Shown: positions 1-10,700 of the stretch, in pieces
How the letters are laid out: the number at the start of each line of letters is the position of its first letter
How positions within the stretch are numbered: the first letter of the stretch is position 1
Source: Chiloscyllium plagiosum
Lineage: Eukaryota
DNA: 20,000 nt
Reading direction: 5' to 3'
NCBI RefSeq assembly: GCF_004010195.1
Contig: NC_057719.1
Span: forward strand, 39,032,029 to 39,052,028
Translations under genes and position numbers: made by a program
The notes under the pieces: generated by a model
Databases searched by the model: none
What the model was told of the DNA's origin: nothing
What the model saw: only the letters and a program-made list of their open reading frames with translations

Positions 1-418
1 GGTGTCCCAAACGTATGTGGGAAGTTCCTGGACTTGGGGGATAGGACAGTATCGAGGTAGGAGAGGAGTTCGGTGGGGCAGAAACAGGCTGAGACGATGG
101 GTCAGCTGGGGTGATTAGACTTGTGGATCTTGGGAAGGAGGTAGAATCGGGCGGTGCAGGGTTCCAAAACTATGAGGTTGGAAGCTGTCGGTGGGAGATC
201 TCCTGAGGTGATGAGATTGCGTATGGTCTGGAAAATGATGGTTTGATGGGGTGTGAGGTCATGGTTGAGGGGGCGGTATGAGGAGGTGTCTTCGAGTTGG
301 TGCCTGGCTTCAGCAGTGTAGAGGTCGGTGCGCCAAACTACCACTTCACCCCCTTTGTCTGTTGGTTTGATGGTGAGGTTGGGATTGGTTCCGCTGGTTT
401 GATGGCGAGGTTGGGATT
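1..418 (-). mobile_element. Penelope-like retroelement (PLE) fragment, N-terminal RT region, decayed; continues off the left edge
   Basis: Minus ORF gives IKPTDKGGEVVVW...Y..EA..QL.D...ARFYLLPKIHK, then past a TGA: P-I-V-S-A-C-F-C-P-T-E. This matches the PLE RT motifs IKPADKG / PKIHK..P.RPIVS. The stop at 102-104 sits where Arg is expected. Confidence 0.85.
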
Positions 419-732
419 CCCAGGAATGGTCTGGGAAGCTGGGTTTGAATCCCACCATAGCAGATTGTGGAATTTGAACTTAAAAAATAATGAATCTGTA
501 ATTAAGAATATAACGATTACCATGAAACCACAGTTGATTGACAAAAAAACACATCTGGTTCACTAACATCCTTCTTTTAAAAAAACTGTCATCCTTAACT
601 GATCTAGTCTATATATGAGTCCAGACCCACAACCATGTGGTTGAGTCTCATCTGCCCTCTGGGCAATTAGGGATGGTCAATAAATGCTGACTTACCCAGA
701 GGTAACCTCACCCCATGGATGAGTAATAAAAA
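419..732 (+). mobile_element. tRNA-derived SINE, 5' part of head missing
   Basis: B-box-like GGTTTGAATCC at 442-452; body catctggttcactaa...ccagacccacaaccatgtggttga...gggcaattagggatggtcaataaatgctg; A-rich end. A homologous inverted copy lies at ~13495-13855. Confidence 0.8.
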
Positions 733-735
733 GGA

Positions 736-1674
736 TTATGCCTCAGAGTCTAATCTAAGTAGTGAACCCACCAAGGTGAAAGTCCCCAAGTTGGTGAAAG
801 TTGTAGGTGAAGGTGCTGGTACTTCCTCTGAGGGTTGAATGACTTCCTCCTGAGAGATAGAGATGAAGGTGAGGCTGAGGATCTGTGATGCTCTCAGCCT
901 CTTTGGATCAAAATTGTGCTGGGTTGTGCAAGTAACTGCGTACGAGAAAAGAGGGAATTAGCTGTTTATAAGATATAAAAGGTTGTGCATGTTAAGATTC
1001 AGTTGGTGTTGGTGATAGTGGGAGAACAGAACAGGACAATGAAACTTACTGGGTTGGTTGCCAGTGGAGGTACTCAATGTCACGCCATCATGAGAGTCGA
1101 TGTATTCTTCTTCAGACAAATCCAAGATCTTCCCTTCATTTGGAGCAAGGAACTTTATGTCCGCCATGACTACCCATGCCAGTCTTCACCTTCTTGGTCC
1201 AATTGTGAGATGTTTTATTCATACAATGAGACAAAAAGGAGAAATGTATGGGACAGAAATTGACTGAGTAGGAAGTGCAAAAGGAAGGAAAGGTTAGTAG
1301 TTTGCAAAGATGAGGCGAGAGCCATCGAGTGGACATGATGTTTGCAATAGACAGTGTTGTAGTCCGTTAGTCTTGGTTAGAGATGTGTGGAGAATTACAG
1401 TGAGTGCTGACCGTGTGAGTGAGAGAATCTGGTGGATATTACCAACACAGAGTTTAGAAGACCATTCGCATTCTTCCTGCAGTACCGTGCATTGTTTCTC
1501 AGCTGGGATACTTTACTAACCCAATCATCTTTGTCTAGACTGGCTAAGCTTACAGGTATGATCTACTTTGCCTATCAGCAGAGAAAAGTATGGCCCTCTT
1601 GCAACTATCCCATTCATCAATACTTTCAGGTCCTTGTCATCAAAGCAGGATGGCAGCTTCCCTTTCTGGACCAT
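736..1674 (-). pseudogene. Decayed Harbinger-type Myb/SANT-like DNA-binding protein gene, three exons (1674-1443, ~1220-1050, 935-736)
   Basis: Manual translation: exon 1 MVQKGKLPSCFDDKDLKVLMNGIVAR/AILFSADRQ...YCRKNANGLLNSVL|gtaata; exon 2 KTSHNWTKKVKTGMG/ADIKFLAPNEGKILDL...|gtaagt; exon 3 follows a polypyrimidine-CAG acceptor. Frameshifts and stops present. Homologous to 16697-16892. Confidence 0.7.
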
Positions 1675-1703
1675 GTCAATAATGATGAAAAGTCACTTAC
1701 AGC

Positions 1704-1982
1704 GAGTTAGGTTGAAAGCTGAAGAGCAGGACAAGTAGAATAGTGATCTCAGGTTTGCTACTGGTGCCACGAGATCGTGAGATGAGGAACAGCCAGTGAA
1801 TGCAGCTTAACATGTGGCTGCGAGGCTGGTGCAGGAGGGAGGGCTTCAGATACCTAGACCATTGGGATACCTTCTGGGGAAGGTGGGACCTGTACATGAA
1901 GGACGGGTTGCACCTGAACTGGAGGGGCACAAATGTCCTGGGTGGCAGATTTACTCGTGTGATTCAGGAGGGTTTAAACTAG
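1704..1982 (+). pseudogene. CR1 ORF1 C-terminus, SGNH/GDSL esterase domain
   Basis: RIVISGLL.VPR...QLNMWLRGWCRREGFRYLDHW...DGLHLN (block V D-x-x-H) ending GLN*; internal stops. Confidence 0.85.
1970..1982 (+). other. Candidate -1 ribosomal frameshift site (G GGT TTA AAC TAG) at the CR1 ORF1/ORF2 junction
   Basis: TTTAAAC at 1973-1979 is in X-XXY-YYZ phase of ORF1 (codons start 1971, 1974, 1977); stop at 1980-1982; the ORF2 frame is -1 and open across the site. Confidence 0.55.
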
Positions 1983-3046
1983 TTTGGCAGGGGGGTGGGA
2001 ATCAGAGCCACATGTCTAAGAGGGGGTCAGTTGCAGATGGGGCAGTCACAGAATGTATTGAATCTATCAGGAAAGTTTCTCACGCGATGAAACAAAGGGA
2101 TTGGTTAAAGTGTGTCTGCTTTAATGCAAGGAGTGTCCAAAATAAGAGTGACGAACTTAGAGCATGGATCAGTACTTGGGGCTACGATATTGTGGCCATA
2201 ATGGAGACATCGGTTTCACTGGGGCAGGAATGGTTGCTTGATGTTCCAGGGTTTAGAATGTTTAAAAAGAACAGGGGCGGAGGGGTGGAAAATGAGGAGG
2301 GGATATCGCATTGCTAATCAGAGAGTGCATCACAGCTACAGAAACGAAGGTTGTTGAGGAAGGTTTGTCTACTGAGCCAGTATGGGTGGAAGTTAGGAAC
2401 AACAAGGGAACAGTCACCACACTGGGGGCTTTCTACAGACCACCTATTAGCTGTAGAGAGATTGAAGAACTCAATAGGCGGGCAGATTCTGGAAAAATGC
2501 AGAAGTAGCAGGATTGTTGTTATAGGTGATTTCAACTTTCCCAACATCGACTGGAACTTCCTAAGTGCAGATGGTTTGGATGGAACCTTTTTTGTCAGGT
2601 GTGTTCAGGACGGTTTCCTTATTCAGTATGTAGACAGATCGACGAGGGGAGAGGCCATTTTGGATTTGGTGCTCAGCAATGAGCCAGGACAGGTGTCAGA
2701 TCTCGCGGTGGGAGAGCACTTTGGTGACAGTGATCACAACTGCCTCACATTTACCATAGCCTTGGAGAGTGAAAGGAGCAGTTACTGAGGGAAGATATTT
2801 AATTGGGGAAAAGGAAATTATGACGCTATCAGACAGGAATTGGGAAGTGCAGACTGGGAGCAATTGTTCCACAGAAAGGGCATAGCAGACATGTGGAGAC
2901 TATTTAAGGAGCAGTTGTTGCAAGTGATACAAAAAATTTGTTCCTCTGAGATAGGTAAGAAGGGGTAAGATTAAGGAACCTTGGATGACGAGAACAGAGG
3001 AACTTTTCGTCAAAAGGAAGAAGGCAGCTTACGTAAGGTGGGGGAA
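1979..3046 (+). pseudogene. CR1 ORF2 N-terminal APE endonuclease region, frameshifted
   Basis: ORF pieces 1814-2317, 2311-2508 and 2351-2788 tile one APE domain; stop at 2786-2788; no plus-strand RT domain follows. Confidence 0.85.
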
Positions 3047-3238
3047 GTAGTGGACCCAGCACTGATCCTTGTGGCACACCACTGGTCACAGGCCTTCAGT
3101 CTGAAAAGCAATCCTCCACCACCAACCTCTGTCTTCTACCTTCAAGCTAGTTCTATATCCAAATGGCCAGTATTCTATATGATCTAACCTTGCTTACCAA
3201 TCTACCATGAGGAATCTTGTTAAACAGAAGTCCATATG
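3047..3238 (-). mobile_element. CR1 reverse transcriptase fragment in opposite orientation
   Basis: Minus strand reads ...PHGRLVSKVRS...VTSGVPQGSVLGPLL, the CR1 RT motif GVPQGSVLGP. Confidence 0.85.
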
Positions 3239-4274
3239 GAGCCGTAGAAGAAATGGAAGAGTGTGGAAGGTTATCTGGTACACCTAAATAAAACCCTCTC
3301 AGATTGAGAAAGGAAGGAACATTTTACAGAGTCAAATGGAGACCGTAGAAAATTAAAAGTTGTCTTGTAAAACTGTACAGCAAAAGATATGTAACCAGTC
3401 AAGATTCTGTAAGGACCTGAGCCAGCATCATTTTTAAGGGATTCAAGTTCCCATTCTTATCCAATCCTAACTCCATTTGTAAAAGAAATGTACCCTTGAC
3501 TGCATTGTCCCTTATTTTTGACCATCAGTCTTGGAAACAAATTGAAAAACATTCTGTCATTATCTTTATCCCTCAAAATCAATTCACCAACATTAGCTCT
3601 CCAGTTCAACAGCAATGGTAGATCTTGTGGCACATTCAAAGATCTGAAGATTAAAATCCCAATAAAGCAGACTCTGGCATGGCTTCACATAATTCAGTGA
3701 ACAACAGCAGAATTTCTATTTTCCTCTATATTAGGAGTGGGCTCACTGAATGGATACTGGAATCTGGTTGATACAAGAGTATTGTTTAAATCAAAACTGA
3801 AAGAAAAAGGTTTCCTAAAATAATTTTAAAAAGAACCTTTCTTAGGCTGTAATGTTGGTTTGCATCACAAGGAGGATGTTAGCACTATACAGCCTGCTAA
3901 TGCTAATATTTGGTGTGTGGTTTTGACCAGTGAAAATTCAAATAGATAACTGGAAAGTTAAATGACTTGATTGTGGATTATGGAGGCTCCACTGAAATTA
4001 CAAAATTAGCAAAATAATCAAAACAGCCACAAATATTTTGCCAAGGTGATTTTATTTCTGAAAGATTGTCAATCTCAACGAACTAAAAATTTATAACTCC
4101 CATTAACTCAAATATTTGAATCACAAGCTACTATTCTGCAGAGTTTAATTATTTTATCTATGAAGTACTTTTCTAACAAGTTGTTTACTTGCTAAATACC
4201 GCCAGATACAAATTTTCATGAAGATAAGAATAATCCATAGGTGATGAATTTAGATCTGTATCTCATCTGACAAC

Positions 4275-4552
4275 TTGGTGCTTGTAAAAGATTCCATGGC
4301 ACTACTTTAATAATAGCAAGGAAGTTACCAATATTCCCTAATTCCTCAGCAATCCTCAATTAACATCACACATAAAAACAATTCTGGTCATTAGCTCTAA
4401 ACTGTTTGTGGAAGTCTGTTGAGCATGTATTGATTGCCTTGTTTCCCAATTACAACAGTCACTACATTTTGTAAGTACTTAATTGACTGTAAAGCATTGA
4501 GACATCTGGTAGTTCTGCAAAGTGCCATGTAAACACAAGTGCTTCTTTTTTT
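4275..4552 (+). mobile_element. Deu-domain SINE remnant (SacSINE1/AmnSINE1-like) with L2-like tail
   Basis: taaaagattccatggcacta...ctggtcatta...tttcccaattacaacagtcactaca...aagtacttaattgactgtaaagc...gccatgtaaacacaagtgcttctttt resembles the DeuSINE core and tail as I recall them; no alignment run. Confidence 0.65.
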
Positions 4553-4607
4553 AAAAATGTATATACAGCGTGGACCTGTCTTGGTCAAAGTTTATACCTT
4601 TTTTGGA

Positions 4608-4655
4608 ATGCCTTTACAGAATGTGGGATGCTAGGTCAGCATTTATTGCCATTAT
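4608..4655 (-). mobile_element. Short 3'-tail fragment of the same SINE family as 419-732
   Basis: gtcagcatttattgcca is the near reverse complement of tggtcaataaatgctgac at ~674-691. Confidence 0.45.
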
Positions 4656-6142
4656 TAGATCTCAAAACAGCTCAAATATTTAATGGGAGGTTAGAAAATA
4701 GTATTGAAACACAACAAAAGCATGGAGGGCAGTGGAATGTAGAGATCAATGGACAGTGTCAAATACGAAATGTAGGAAACTGAAGGCTGTACAAACCTGC
4801 ACTTGTGATCTAGGGTTTTTCACACTGCAGAGAAAGGGGACCGACTACCTGGAGCACGCAAGGGTGGAAAAGATGGTCTACTGGATGACAGAGTTCGACA
4901 GTAGCTGAAATTTTGATTACCTAATGATGCTTTAAAATTTAGAAATTAAGTCAGTGACATGTTTGTGGCATTTTGGCCTCATGCTGTTTGCTATTGACAG
5001 TTCCCCATTTTTAATACCTTTGCATGTCATGAATAGCTATTGTGAGAAACGAAGCTCACTCACTTCAATAATTTCAGTCCGAGACAAGATCTGAAGCAAT
5101 CAGTATGTTTATTATATACTTGCAAGCGTGGTGTCTAAAATAGACAGAGTTTAGCAAGTACATATCTTATATAGGATTCACTACTCCAAACCCGGTGCCC
5201 ATTACTATTGTTTATCTCTTGCCTTATGCATAACAAAGTACAAGTTTTACTTGGCCATTCATCACATCCTGCTGTTAGGTATATCCTCCTTCACTGCTAT
5301 CTATTTCCCCCACTTGTGACATTTCCTCCCTTTCCCCAACCATATTGATCATTATGACCTTTTAATTGGGGTTTGTTTTTTGTGTTTGCAGAAGTGGGAA
5401 ACAGATGCTTATAACTACTGCTTGTATAAGCATGTCTGGCTTAATCTACATCCTCACAGCACCTTATCTATTTGTTTGTAACATCTACCATTGTTTGCAG
5501 GCACGTTTCATTCTTGTATGCACATTTTAGCTAATACAAAAACAATTATATATTTCCTTCACATTGTTTTCATTCTTGTTGATTCAGCTCTTGGTTGAAA
5601 CAATTATACACTGATGTGAGTTCATTTATCTTGCATAAGTAATTATGATTGCAGAAATAACACTACTTTACCTATATTCCACAGTTATTCATGGGGGAGC
5701 ACACCAAATTCAGTCCCACCTTCCAAGATTTAGTCAATGGTGCAAATGAAACTCATATACTCTGTTTCTAAATCAGCTTTAAAAAAAAGGCATGCACCAG
5801 TGAGATTGCTCAATCTTTTAATGAGTTGAAGTCTAGTCTTTGTCTAAATCAGCAGCTTAGGGAATGTTAGCAGGGGTGAAGAACACAATGGATAAGGTGG
5901 TACTGCAAGGTATGATGCTCAATTAGCATAGCAATTGGGTTGGTCAAAGGGTGGGATTTGTGGTCTGGTTGTGAAGCAGCAGCACACCTAGGCAGTGGCG
6001 TATTTGGGGACTGGAACAAATAGTAGACTGAAAGGAGCCAGGAATAGCTTAGAGATTGGGATCCATCATTAAAATAGTCTTGTTTTACGTATCCAGAGGA
6101 GACAGTATGGAAAATAAAGAACATGAAAGCAAGGGAAGGGTT

Positions 6143-6149
6143 AAAGCAT
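6143..6149 (+). repeat. Target-site duplication of the L1 (AAAGCAT; partner 11951-11957)
   Basis: TT|AAAGCAT at the 5' side and poly(A)-AAAGCAT at the 3' side; extends to 11/13 matches (AAAGCATagAGAC vs AAAGCATgaAGAC). TT/AAAG resembles the L1 endonuclease target. Confidence 0.7.
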
Positions 6150-6164
6150 AGAGACTGGACTCGG

Positions 6165-6176
6165 CAAGATGGCGGC
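6165..6176 (+). promoter_or_regulatory. YY1-binding motif at the L1 5' end (internal promoter)
   Basis: CAAGATGGCGGC matches the YY1 consensus and lies 10-15 nt from the inferred element start. Confidence 0.6.
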
Positions 6177-6321
6177 GATTCTGTAGAACTGCTGTGGACA
6201 GCTCTGCCTAACAGCCAAGGCATACCAGTGTTTTTTGCCATCCCTGGCCAACTTATGTGGTGGAATCATTAGTTTAAAATCTTACAGAACACATACTTGT
6301 TAATATTTGGGATTGGGAAGG

Positions 6322-7196
6322 ATGCCAAAGGGAAAAAGAGCAAGCAAACAGCAGCACGGAGGACACTCCCCTGCAGCACCGGGTACACCAGAGACTGCAG
6401 CAGCAGCAGCTTCTCCTGAACCCCCCGGGAACCTGACAGACTCACGGGAATGGGCTGCAGCGACGGAGAGACCTATCTTGAAAGTTGTGGCTGCGATTGA
6501 GGAAATCCGTGGGGAGATTCGTGCCCAGGTCCAACCTATTGCATCCATGCTGCAGAAGCATGAGCAGGAGATCCAGGGCCTCGGGGAGAGGCTAGAGGAG
6601 GTGGAGGGTCGAACTAAGGCCTCAGAAGCTGCAATGGAGTCCTCATCCAGTCGGATCCAAGTGCTGGAGAGAGAGGTCTTGCGAAACCATATCGACGACC
6701 TCAAAAATCGAGGTTGGAGGATAAATCTCCGAATTGTCGGGCTCCCTGAAGGTGAGGAAGGTGAGCAGCCAGTCAGCTTGTTTGAAAGCAGGCTGCCGAA
6801 ATTTTTGGGCCTTCAGATGGAGTCCAGCAGGCTTCAGATTGAAAGGGTGTATCGGGTTACAGTGCAAGGTCAGGCCCAGTGCAGCATCTCTGCTCAGTCC
6901 TAGTGCACATCTATTCATATAAGGACAAGCAAAAAGTCATAGAAGCTTCTAGATCCCTGGGAAAAGATCCACAGGCACTGCTGTGCAAGGGGTCAAAAAT
7001 CATGTTTTTCCAGGATTTTTCAGCAGCTGTAATTCGAAAGAGGAAGTCCTTCGATGAAGTTAAAAAGAGGCTGAGAAATCTGGGCATCCAGTACTCCACG
7101 AGATACCCTGCAGTGCTTCGTTTCAGCCACGAGGACTCAGTTTATACATTTGACTCGGTGGATAAGGCTAAAGACTTTGTGGACACTTTAAAATAG
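6322..7196 (+). pseudogene. L1 ORF1 (coiled coil, RRM, CTD), frameshifted near 6870-6900
   Basis: Heptad region LQKHEQEIQGLGERLEEVEGR; RINLRIVGLPEGEEG; IERVYR; FFQDFS...KRKSF...YPAVLR. Confidence 0.9.
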
Positions 7197-7796
7197 ATGG
7201 ATTGGCCTGAAGAATATGGTTAATGTTTGTTCTCTTTTCTATCTTTCCCCATGTTTTCCCTTCTTTTTTTTATTCCTTTCTGACTCCCTAATAATTTCCT
7301 TTTTGGAAAATGGGGAAAAGATTGTGGAATAAGTTGTTCCTATTTTTTTGAATAACTGGATTTTCTGATGGGAAATTTTGTGGATGTTCTTTGTTGTCTC
7401 TCCCTTTTTTTTGTTTGTTCTGCTTCTCTTTAGTCACAAGTAGGGGTGACATGAAGCCAAGGATGGGTGACTTTGTCTTTTTTTCTGTTGATTTAAGGAT
7501 CATCTCCTTGTTTTTTTTTCTGGCCTAAGGCTGGGGCACAGTCCAGGTTTGAAGGAGCTGTGAAGGAGGGGATGGGTAGGGCGAGTGCCCCCTATGGGCA
7601 GGTGGAAGAGACTTCCATTCAAGGTTCTATAGTTGGTTTTCTTTGTAGTTTTTTGGTATAATAGTTGTTTATAGTTATGATAGAGTAGTTTTTGTATATA
7701 TAGTTTTTCAATTCTATGAGTCTTTATTTACTTATGCGCAGTACTTTGTAAGCAGAGTTGTCCCTCCGAGGGGTTCAAGGGTGTCTGAAAGGGGAT

Positions 7797-10700
7797 ATGG
7801 CTAAGTGTCTTATTAAATGGTGCACCTGAAACATTAAGGGAAGTCATTCACCTGTTAAAAGGAAAAAAAGTGCTTTCTAGCCTTAAGAGGGAAAGGGTTG
7901 ATATCGCTTTGTTGCAGGAAACCCATCATGATGATGGGGAACACCTGAAATTACAACAGGGGGATTATGACAGGGTATTCTTTTCATTCTTTACCAGTAA
8001 AAGTAGGGGAGTGGCAGTACTTATACAAAAAATCATCCGTTCACATTATTAGAGCAGGTGAAAGACAAGCAGGGATGGTTTGTGATACTTAAAGCCCTGA
8101 TACATGGGGAGAAATGTGGCATTTTAAACATTTACTGTCCTCCGGTGCATCCCCTCAAATTTTTGATTAGAGCTTTCTCTAAGTTGAGTGCTTTTGGAAC
8201 ACGGCACATTATTATAGGGGGGGATTTTAATTGTTTTTGGATCCGACAGTGGACAGGATGCCTTGTGGGCCCCCAATTATTTCTTCGCAGGCCAAGCAGG
8301 TGGTTGACTTATGCAAGGAGTTGGGTCTGGTGGATATTTGGAGATGTCTTCACCCTACCGGCAGGGACTTTACCTTTTTTTCAAATCCACATAAATGTCA
8401 CACAAGGACTGACCTCTTTCTGGCTCCCTCAGCCCTTCTGGATTCGATTATGGGTTGTAAAATTGGGAATAAAGCTATCTCTGATCACACAGCAGTATAT
8501 TTGGAGGTTAAGGCCAAGAGTGAAGGGCTAGGTTTGCGGCACTGGCGTTTGGACCCTTTTCTCCTTAAGGATTCCAAATTTGTGGAATACTTTTTGAAGG
8601 AGTTTCAGGAATTCTTGATTATCAACTCAGGCACGGCTAGTAGTCCATCTATGCTATGGGAGACTGCTAAGGCTTTTGCGAGGGGATTAGCTATTTCCTA
8701 TTCGGCTAGCTGGAAATGACAGGAGGAGGAACAGCAGCGTCTTTTTGAGACACGGTTGAAAGCCGCGGAGGCAGCACATTTTGCGCGGCCTTCGGTGACT
8801 AAGCTACAGTGGATCATGGCCCTTCGGGTTGCCTTGAATTCAATACTGACACAAAACGCAAAGAAAGAACTTCCTTTTGCTAAACAGAGGCTGTTCGTAT
8901 ACGAGGATAGGCCAGGGAAGTATTTAGCGTACCTGACTAGGAAAAAGCGTGCTCCCCAATCCATTACTGCAATCAGAGACAGCGCCAGGGTCCTTACATA
9001 CGATGCTAAAAAGATTAATGAGGCTTTTCGGAGCTTTTACTCTGAATTGTATCAGTCTGAAGGTTGCAAAGACAGGAGGACTAAAATGAAGGCCACTTTT
9101 AAGAACCTGGACCTCCCAGGGGTAACCTTGGAACAGGCCTCTCTCCTTAATGTCTCCTTGATAGTTCAGGAAATACAGAAGGCAGCTAGGCAACTTCAGA
9201 GTGGGAAAGCGCCTGGCCCTGATGGTCTTCCGGGTGAGTTTTATAAGGAGTTTATAGGGATTCTGTCAGGGCCAATGTTGGAGATGTACAATCACTCCTA
9301 TATACATGAATGCATACCACCGTCTTTTAGAAAAGCTAATATTTCCTTAATTCTTAAGAAGGGGAAGGTTCCTGAGGATTGTGCCTCATACAAGCCCATC
9401 TCTCTATTAAATTCAGAGATCAAGATTCTGTCCAAGATCCTGAGATTGGAAAGGGTGTTGCCCCATACTATTAAAGAGGACCAGACAGTCTTTATAAGGG
9501 GCCGTAGGTCCTCTAATAATATTAGAAGGTTGCTGAATGTGGTCCAAGTTTGTCAGCAATGATCGGATTCAGGGGTTGGTGATTTCCTTAGATGCAGAGA
9601 AAGCATTTGACCGGGTGGAATGGCCGTATCTTTTTTATGTCTTAGAACAGTTCGGGTTGGGTGGGGTCTTTGCTCGGTGGGTGGAGGTTTTATATCGCAA
9701 CCCTCTGGCTGCGGTCATCACCAACGGGGTGAAGTCTGGGAATTTTACGATTGGTAGGGGTAGTCGGCAAGGCTGCCCCCTCTCACCGTTGTTGTTTACA
9801 TTGGTGATAGAGCCACTGGCAGAGTCCATTCGTCAGAACATCCACATAACCGCTCCAGAAGTGGGATCGAGGGCACACAAGATTACACTGTACGCGGATG
9901 ATGTCCTTCTGTTTTTAATCGAACCCGATGACCTCTGTACCCTATTTGGTACAATGTATCCATTCATTTGGGGCTATTTCAGGATATAAGATTAACTTTG
10001 CAAAATCGGAGGCTATGCCTTTGGGGAGCCTTAAGGATGTGCCAGAAGTTGAAGGTGGCCCTAAGTTCCCTTTTAAGTGGTCATGGGCAGGGTTCCGACA
10101 CCCAGGCATTTTTATTACCCCTAAGTTTGATCTGTTATTTCGGACTAACTTTGCTCACTTGCTCGACAATATTAGGCGGGATCTCCAGAGATAGGGGACT
10201 GTTCCAATTTCATGGTTGGGCCGAATATCTCTCATTAAGATTAATGTTCTTCCTCGTTTGCTTTATTCCATGCTATTGCTCCCTATAATGTTTCCCAGGT
10301 CAACGCTGTGGAAGCTTATGGGGTGGTTTGGTTCCTTTGTCTGGCATCATGGGCAGCCCCTCATCAAACTTACTAAATTGCAGTTGCCTCAAGGAGGGGG
10401 AGGAGTTAATTTCCCAGACATCAGGAGGTATCAATTGAATTCTTTGCTGTCCTTTATCTGTGATTGGCTCGGTAACGATCCAAGCTCAATATGGCTGGAT
10501 ATTGAGGCCTCCCAAGCAAAGTGTCCTCTTATTAACCTGTTGTTCATGGATAAGATGAGGACAGTTATGGACCACTTCCGGAACCCCATTGTCATTAGTA
10601 CAGTCAGGGCTTGAAGGGCGATGCATCAGAGTGAGAGTTGTTTATCCAAGACTTCGCTACTTACACCTATAGTTGGCATGCCGGGATTCCGACCAGGGAT

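Larger units (their letters stand above)
1701..3046 (+). mobile_element. CR1-clade LINE internal segment (ORF1 3' end plus ORF2 endonuclease), truncated at both ends
   Basis: SGNH-esterase ORF1 end followed by APE motifs FNARS, YDIVAIMET, GDFNFPNIDW, ILDLVL, GDSDH. Confidence 0.92.

Noticed and set aside
985..1710. Plus-strand ORFs of 69-92 aa
   Set aside because: Better explained as the antisense of the Myb/SANT pseudogene.
3457..3700. Overlapping 60-aa ORFs on both strands
   Set aside because: Non-ATG starts, threshold length and no recognisable motif.
6300..6918. Minus-strand ORFs of 134 and 91 aa
   Set aside because: Antisense shadows of L1 ORF1 with no independent protein motifs.
7187..7210. 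Slippery-like T TTA AAA TAG at the L1 ORF1 end
   Set aside because: The -1 frame stops after five codons (TGA 7208-7210) and ORF2 starts 600 nt away, so no fusion is possible, unlike the CR1 junctions.
7827..10614. Three Trp-to-stop G>A changes in L1 ORF2 (7827, 10192, 10612) suggesting APOBEC editing
   Set aside because: TGG and CGA codons are the commonest neutral routes to stops; no consensus is available to show a strand-biased excess.
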